Shown here piece by piece: positions 56,039-64,000 of a stretch of DNA of 64,000 bases. Under the pieces are notes generated by a model, which did not search any database, was not told the DNA's origin, and worked only from the letters and a program-made list of their open reading frames with translations. The stretch is from Rebecca billardiae RCC1528 (lineage: Eukaryota; Protista; Haptophyta): the NCBI GenBank assembly GCA_965240325.2, contig OZ251254.1:186001-250000 (forward strand), written 5' to 3'. Position numbers and translations under genes: made by a program. The first letter of the stretch is position 1. Every line of letters starts with the position of its first letter.

Positions 56039-56781
56039 TAGGGCACCCTGGTACTACATTGTCAGTCAGTGAGCGTGCCCTTGTAAGCAGCTCGATCGAC
56101 GTGCTACGACGCAAGTTCAAATATTAATAAGTCGGCGAGAAATCCAATGGCTTCTACGAGAATGTGCATGCGGTCGGTCAGCCCGGCGGAAGCCTCAAAA
56201 TTCGTCACGTGGACATGTTCTCGCATGGCGGCATAATATATATGGAGCCCTGGATCACACGGCAATTGGGAAGCTTCCGATGGAGGTTTTGCAGTGGCAG
56301 GGGTAGCTTGGTTAGATTCGTTGGGAGTGGGGTTAATCGTTGATTACAGTGTGGTGAAAGATGCGCGCGGGCTTTGACGCAACGGCGGCACCTCTCACCT
56401 ACAGCGATGGCCTATTTCCGACGCTTCTATGTCGTCATTGTAATATTGGATAAGTGTAATGCGAATATGCGATGACATGATTTGAGTTGGCGCTACATAG
56501 AACTTGCGTTGCATCCGTTTTGGGTCGGTGGGAATATTTCATGTATCGTCAGATCACAATCTGCGCGGGTAGAAGGATCCAACCTATGAGATCAATCCAG
56601 CCTGGCCGAAGCGTCGCACTTACGTCCGCTACCCCGCATACTGCGGCCGTTTGACGAGCGGAAGCACAAAAACACGCCGGTCGGCATTCGCACCATCCTT
56701 CGCCCACAGCGCCAGGCAACCAGCCTGGCCTTTCCACGATCGAAAGCCTTTCGCGGCCTCGACATCCCCCACACGAACACA

Positions 56782-57875
56782 ATGCCCCGCGGCGTGGTGG
56801 CCGTCAGCCCGGCGCCGCGTGCCTGGGAAGAGGAGGAGCCGGCATGCTTCATCTGCTTCGACAAGGACCCCCGCCACACCGGCACCGGCCGCCCGGACAC
56901 GTTGCGCACCGGGTTGTGCAGCTGCACGAATCTGGCCGTGCACATCTCGTGCCTTGAGTCGTTCGTGAACACGTCCGCGCTCTCCGACCTGCCGATCCCC
57001 TCGCGGCTCAAGTGCCGCGTGTGCGCGACGCCGTACAGACTGACGCACCACGTCCTCCCCGTCGCGGCGGATGAGCCTTTCCGCTCGGGCAACGCGTGCG
57101 TGGAGCGCGTGCTCCGGAGGTGCATCCATGACGAGGAGCGCCTCGCCCGCACGGCCTCTGCGCTCCGGATCGCGATGCTGCTGCTCGTGATGCTCCACGT
57201 GCCGCTCATCGCCCTCGCAGCGCTCTTCTCCTGGGGCGAGAGCATCGTCCGGTGCGCGCCCCGCGCGCTGCGCCGGCGGCTGCGTGGCCGCGCTCCCATT
57301 CTCACGTGCGCGCGCGCCCGACCCACCGCCTGCTCCCAACCAGGCTGGGCATTTGGGGTCTGATGGTGCCGCTCGGCCTGTTCGTGCTGTGGTTCGCCAC
57401 CTGCGCGCCGTCGGAGTGGTTCAACCTCACAAAGTACCGGCTGCAGCACCAGCAGCAGCAGGACCACCGGCTGTCGCACCTGCTGCCCACCTCGCAGCCG
57501 CGCCCGGTGCGCCCCTCGATGGAGCGGCGCTTCTCGGAGAACGTCTCGCCTGTCGGCTCGCCGCAGCGGCGGGTGCAGCTGTACCCGCCGCCCTTCTCCA
57601 TCTCGGTCGGCACCCCCGTCCTGCCCATCTCGCGGGCGTCGAGCACGACCGACTCTGTCGCGCCCGCTGAGTGCGGCGAGCGGCGGCAGCGCCTCTCGCG
57701 CCTGCAGGTCTCTGAGCCTCAGACCAAACCGGCCGAGGCGGTGGTCCTCGCCGTCGAGTGCGCCGACCTGCCTCCGCACCCTGCGCACACGCTCCAGCCG
57801 CAGCCGCAGCCGCCGCAGCCGCCGAGCCACCACCCGTACGTGCACTCGCTCACCGTCTCAGACTTGGACGTCTGA
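56782..57875 (+). CDS. RINGv (MARCH-like) membrane E3 ubiquitin ligase, 2 exons
   Basis: CFIC..CSC..VHISCL..CRVCATPY (C4HC3) followed by two TM helices. Intron 57252-57343. Confidence 0.85.
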
Positions 57876-58109
57876 GCTGGCCCGAGCCGCCAGCTTGGGC
57901 GCGGCCCACCGCCTGCGGCTGCTGCTTCCGACGAGCCTCCAATCGTCTGACCTGCATGCGCTGTCGTGCACAGTGCGCTGACCGCCACCGAAAATTAAAT
58001 TGCCGAGTCCGCCGTGATCGTCAGGGACAGTTCACCGTGACCGGGCACGGCGGTACACTCGCGCCGGCGAGTGAGCGTTCCGGGAATCCGGCGCCGCGCG
58101 CGCGCGCGC

Positions 58110-60172
<2,063 letters not shown>

Positions 60173-60337
60173 TGTACGTACTAATTAATATATGGCGGGC
60201 CGTAGGTCCGCCCCTTGTAGTGCCCGGGAAAACGATAAGAAAAAGAAAAATAAAAAGAAAATCGCCTCGCTGGCTCGCTCACTACCGGGCGCCCTCGCAG
60301 CTCCCACTGGGGACGCTCGGCAGAAAACAACAGACGG

Positions 60338-61541
60338 ATGGCGCGGAGCGCATGGGCCGCGCGCGCCAAATCCAACGCCGGCGCGGACATCGCGCGAGGA
60401 TTCCCGAGACGTGTTTTCGCCCGATTCGCGATTGCTGCCCTCGTCGTCTCGCGTGCAGGTCGAACGGGGGCTAAATCGACGCGTTTGGAGCGGTACGCTC
60501 GGCGCGTCGACACGATCGTGCGACCTGGGGCGATCCTCGCCCGACGTGCACGTCGAAAGCTCGCACGGGCCATAGCATCATGCGCTGCGCACGATGACCG
60601 CCTCGCGCGATCCACCGTCGCGCGTCGGGCTCGGTGCGAGAAAGCCCTCATCACGAGGCGTCTCGCGGGCGGGAAGCGCCATCGCACGCGACGCAAGATT
60701 TGGTGCGGCCTTCTGAACTCGATCGCCGGAATCCGCGCACCGGACTCAATCATTGCTCGCGGTCCGGTCCCTCAGCCGAAGCCCACGTCCGGCCTGCATG
60801 GCGTCGACGGTGACCAATGCGACGGAAGCGCAGCGCCAACGGCGTACGACGCGCAGCGGACGCACCTCCCGGGTCCTGGTCGCCGTGGCAGCAACCGCGT
60901 CATCGCGAGTTGGCGACCCTCGCCGCAGCGCGACACAGACAAGCCCGTGATGCCATCCGCAGAGAGATGAAAGGTCGAGCATGCAACATCGCCGCGCCAT
61001 CCTCGTCCATGGCGCAGGCGCTGCGGGACGAGGCGGAAGTCGTCACGCCAGTGACGGATGCGCTGCGGTTCGTGTGCCCGCGTGAGCAGCGCTTGCCTAC
61101 TCTCGATCGCGAGGCACACGCTGTCGCTGTGCGCGCGCGCGCGCACAACCAACAGCTCCTCGTGCCGCCGAGCACGCGGGCGCCAGACCTGTCGAAGATG
61201 CGAAGAGCGACGACCGCGTGAACGTCAACGCGCTCGTGCTCAGCGTGGCGGCCGTGTACGACGTCAACGCGACCTGCGCCGAGCCCATCGTGCCTGGAGC
61301 GGACATCGGCAAGCATCCTCGCGGCGACCGCTCTCCGTCTCGGCTGGCGGCAGGAGGACATGCACATAATGCCATCTACTCTGGCGGCTTCGTCGGCGGC
61401 GCGGCGCTCGATTACGCCATCGCGGTCGAGATGCGGCACATACAGCGCGTACCCGCGCTCGCGCGGAGCAACGGGCTACCCCGCGTCCCGCCCCGCGTGC
61501 TGCACATTCCCTCGTGGGTGTGGGCCTCGCTTGACGCTTGA
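60338..61541 (+). pseudogene. Possible fragmented or spliced hypothetical gene
   Basis: Coding-like patches in different frames (MAQALRDEAEVVTPVTDALRFVC; VNVNALVLSVAAVYDVN..IPSWVWASLDA*). No recognisable family and no clean gene model. Confidence 0.25.
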
Positions 61542-62192
61542 TGCGCATACTAGAGTATTCAGACTTATAAATAGAGACAATTGTACATACACGTTCAGGG
61601 GAGCCAACTTCACGTGTCACTGGTCCTTGCACTCGACTGTCCGTCACCCACGGCCACGAGCGAATGTGGAAAGACGCGAACCCGCAGAGGATACATTGCG
61701 ACAGCACTGGCACGGCCCGCCGACCCCCCCGCCCGCCAGGGCAGAGTTTATATATATATATATATACATTAGCAAACAATGATGGCTGCAATTATTAACA
61801 ATATGGCTGCAGCGCCATCATATATAAATAATAGCATGCGGTGTTAAGCTGCGCATGCGGTCTAGCTCCGTGATGCGGTCCAGCTCCGTCCGCGCACAAT
61901 CGATGCCGCTTACGCGCGCCCGACCGCGTCGGCTGCGTGGCAGTCAGCGTGGCGAGACTGTGCCCGCCCAGTGGCGAGTCAGAATGCGCAGCGTCGGGCC
62001 ACCCCGAATGCAGCAGCTCAACACTGGCTGGTCCACGAGGTCTAACATCATCGACAGCAGTCATCCACTCTGCAAGACTCTCGTCTCATGATGGCCGGCT
62101 CAGCGTGTGGTCTGGTCGACGCTGAGCTGATTCGGGCCCGCCACACGCGGGCAGGCATGCGCGCCCATGGGGTCTGTTACCAGTCTCAGCTC

Positions 62193-63692
62193 TCACGGGG
62201 CAAACGCGGGGCGAGGGCACACACGTGGCAAAAGCGTAATGCGCTGCAGCTGTGCCGCTGAGCCGGCGTCCTGGAGCATGCTCGCGCCGCAGCCCAGCGC
62301 GGCGGACGCCTTGCCGCACGCGTGCACCCCGCCGTCGGCCGTGACAAACAGCGAGTGAGTGAGGCCGAGGGAGCAGCTCAGCACGCGCTCACGCTCGAGG
62401 ACCTGCGTAGGCACGGATGAAGCAAGGGAGCGCTCGGTGCTCTCAGCCCCGGCATCGTGCCCAAGATTCCCAGTCAAGTTGTCGCCGAGCGTGTGGACGC
62501 TGCCATCCGAGCCGACCACCGCGCTGGTATCAAATCCGGCGCTGGTGCGCACGGCGTGCACGTGTGCGAGCGCCTCGATGCGCTCACACCGAAAACCGGT
62601 AGGCTCGTCGTCATCGAGGCTGCTGGACTGGCTCAAGCGAAACAGGTGTACGGCGCCCATGCTGTCGACGGCCAGGTTGTGCGCCCATCCAGCGCTGACG
62701 TGCACGATCCGCGCGTGTGCGAGTGCCTTGATGTGCTGCGGCGTAGGCCCGTATCCAAGGCCACACGCGTAGACGCGGCCGCGCGTATCGAGGAGCAGCG
62801 TGTGCACGGGGCCCTGTGCGACGCCGCCCATGCAAATACAGGCGGGCGTGTTGATGCGTGCTGGGGCGAGCCGATTTATGAAGCCGCCGTGGCCGAGCTT
62901 GCCGTGGCTGTTGTCGCCCCAGCTGTAGGCGATGCCCGCAGCTGTGAGCGCGATGCTGCTCTCGCCTCCGCTGGCGATGCAAACGACAAACTCGCCTGTC
63001 AGCGCGTGCACCGCCTTGAACGAGCGGCTCGTCAGGGTGTCAGAAGACCCGAGCTGGCCGTACGCATTGCAGCCGCATGCGTACACTGTGCCGCCTTCGC
63101 CCAGCACAAGCAGATGCTCGGACCCTGCAGCCACGGCGCACACGCGCACCGCGGACAGGGACTTGGCGAGCGTGGGGATCACAACCGGCGCGTCGAGCAA
63201 GTCCTGCTGGTCAAGCGCAGCGGGTGCGCCGTGGGTGAGGCCCATCGACAAAATGATGCCAGCTTGCCCGAACACGACGTTCAACTCCTCGCCGAAGGTG
63301 TGCAGCCTTCCGGTGGCATCGACACAGGCGCTCAGGCAAGTTTTGCGGCTGAGTGAGACGTGCCCGGAGGAAATGGCCACGTGCGAGTGCGCACGTGCGA
63401 GCTCGAGCACGGCCTCGCGGGTGAGCAGCGCGTCCACACTCGCCATATTGACCTCGGGGTTGGACGCTTGGTACGCGAGGCGGAAGTGCCCACGCCGCAC
63501 CGCGCGCTCGCGGAGCACGTTCTTGACAGGCGAGCTGCCGCCGGGCTCGCCACGGAAGAGGCGCGAGACGGCGTTGACGGCGGCGAAATCACGTGGGTCG
63601 TCGAGCGTCGAGATGATGCGCTCGATCAACTCCTTTGGCAGCTCGGTCAGCGGCGAAGGCGCCGAGGACGTGCTCGCGGTGCGTCGTGACAT
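62193..63692 (-). CDS. F-box plus RCC1-repeat protein
   Basis: F-box LTELPKELIERIISTLDDPRDFAAVNAVSRLF. RCC1 repeats VAAGSEHLLVL..VYACGCNAYGQLG and IASGGESSIAL..YSWGDNSHGKLGHG. Confidence 0.9.
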   Translation of the reverse strand: MSRRTASTSSAPSPLTELPKELIERIISTLDDPRDFAAVNAVSRLFRGEPGGSSPVKNVLRERAVRRGHFRLAYQASNPEVNMASVDALLTREAVLELARAHSHVAISSGHVSLSRKTCLSACVDATGRLHTFGEELNVVFGQAGIILSMGLTHGAPAALDQQDLLDAPVVIPTLAKSLSAVRVCAVAAGSEHLLVLGEGGTVYACGCNAYGQLGSSDTLTSRSFKAVHALTGEFVVCIASGGESSIALTAAGIAYSWGDNSHGKLGHGGFINRLAPARINTPACICMGGVAQGPVHTLLLDTRGRVYACGLGYGPTPQHIKALAHARIVHVSAGWAHNLAVDSMGAVHLFRLSQSSSLDDDEPTGFRCERIEALAHVHAVRTSAGFDTSAVVGSDGSVHTLGDNLTGNLGHDAGAESTERSLASSVPTQVLERERVLSCSLGLTHSLFVTADGGVHACGKASAALGCGASMLQDAGSAAQLQRITLLPRVCPRPAFAP

Positions 63693-64000
63693 GGGTGTCG
63701 CTGGTCGTCGGAGGGCGCGGTTGTTCGTTGACGTTGGCGGACGACCGAGGCCGCTCGCGGTCGGAGACCCCTTCAGGGAAATCGTGCTCGGCTGGGGTCG
63801 CGGTGGGTTGGCGGCTGAGGTCGGACCTCAGCCGAGCCGAGGCCGGCTGAGGTCGATCTCCACATACGGGGAATAAAGCGCGAGATAGTAGGCGCCGCGC
63901 GCGCCGAGGCGCCTTGCGCCTCCTCGCACGTCGCACCGACGCGTGGCACGCGACTCACGCGGCTGCGCATCGGCGCTGAGGTACGATGGTCCATCCGCGC

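Overview
Very GC-rich (visually about 70-75%), gene-dense eukaryotic DNA with short GC-rich GT-AG introns (donors mostly GTGCGC/GTGGGG). The style fits a haptophyte-like alga; this is inference only. About 20 protein genes can be supported, including CK2-beta, GSK3/shaggy kinase, an HSPA14-like Hsp70, an EGY-like M50 protease, JmjC, WD40, RINGv, F-box/RCC1, a MATE-GGCT fusion, glyco-enzyme-like proteins and a tandem-ClpS protein. Many sit in head-to-head pairs only ~90-200 bp apart. The most unusual structure is a polarised array of ~206-bp units (7434-9571). Each unit begins with the first 15-20 nt of a tRNA-Ser(GCT), and the array runs straight into the intact tRNA gene (9572-9653). Mobile DNA includes a non-coding A-B-A-B split-direct-repeat element inside a (TA)n tract, two TA-flanked TIR elements, and a possible decayed DIRS-like pol. 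Non-coding DNA shows signs of pervasive 3-8-nt micro-duplication. All calls were made by eye; no database searches were run.
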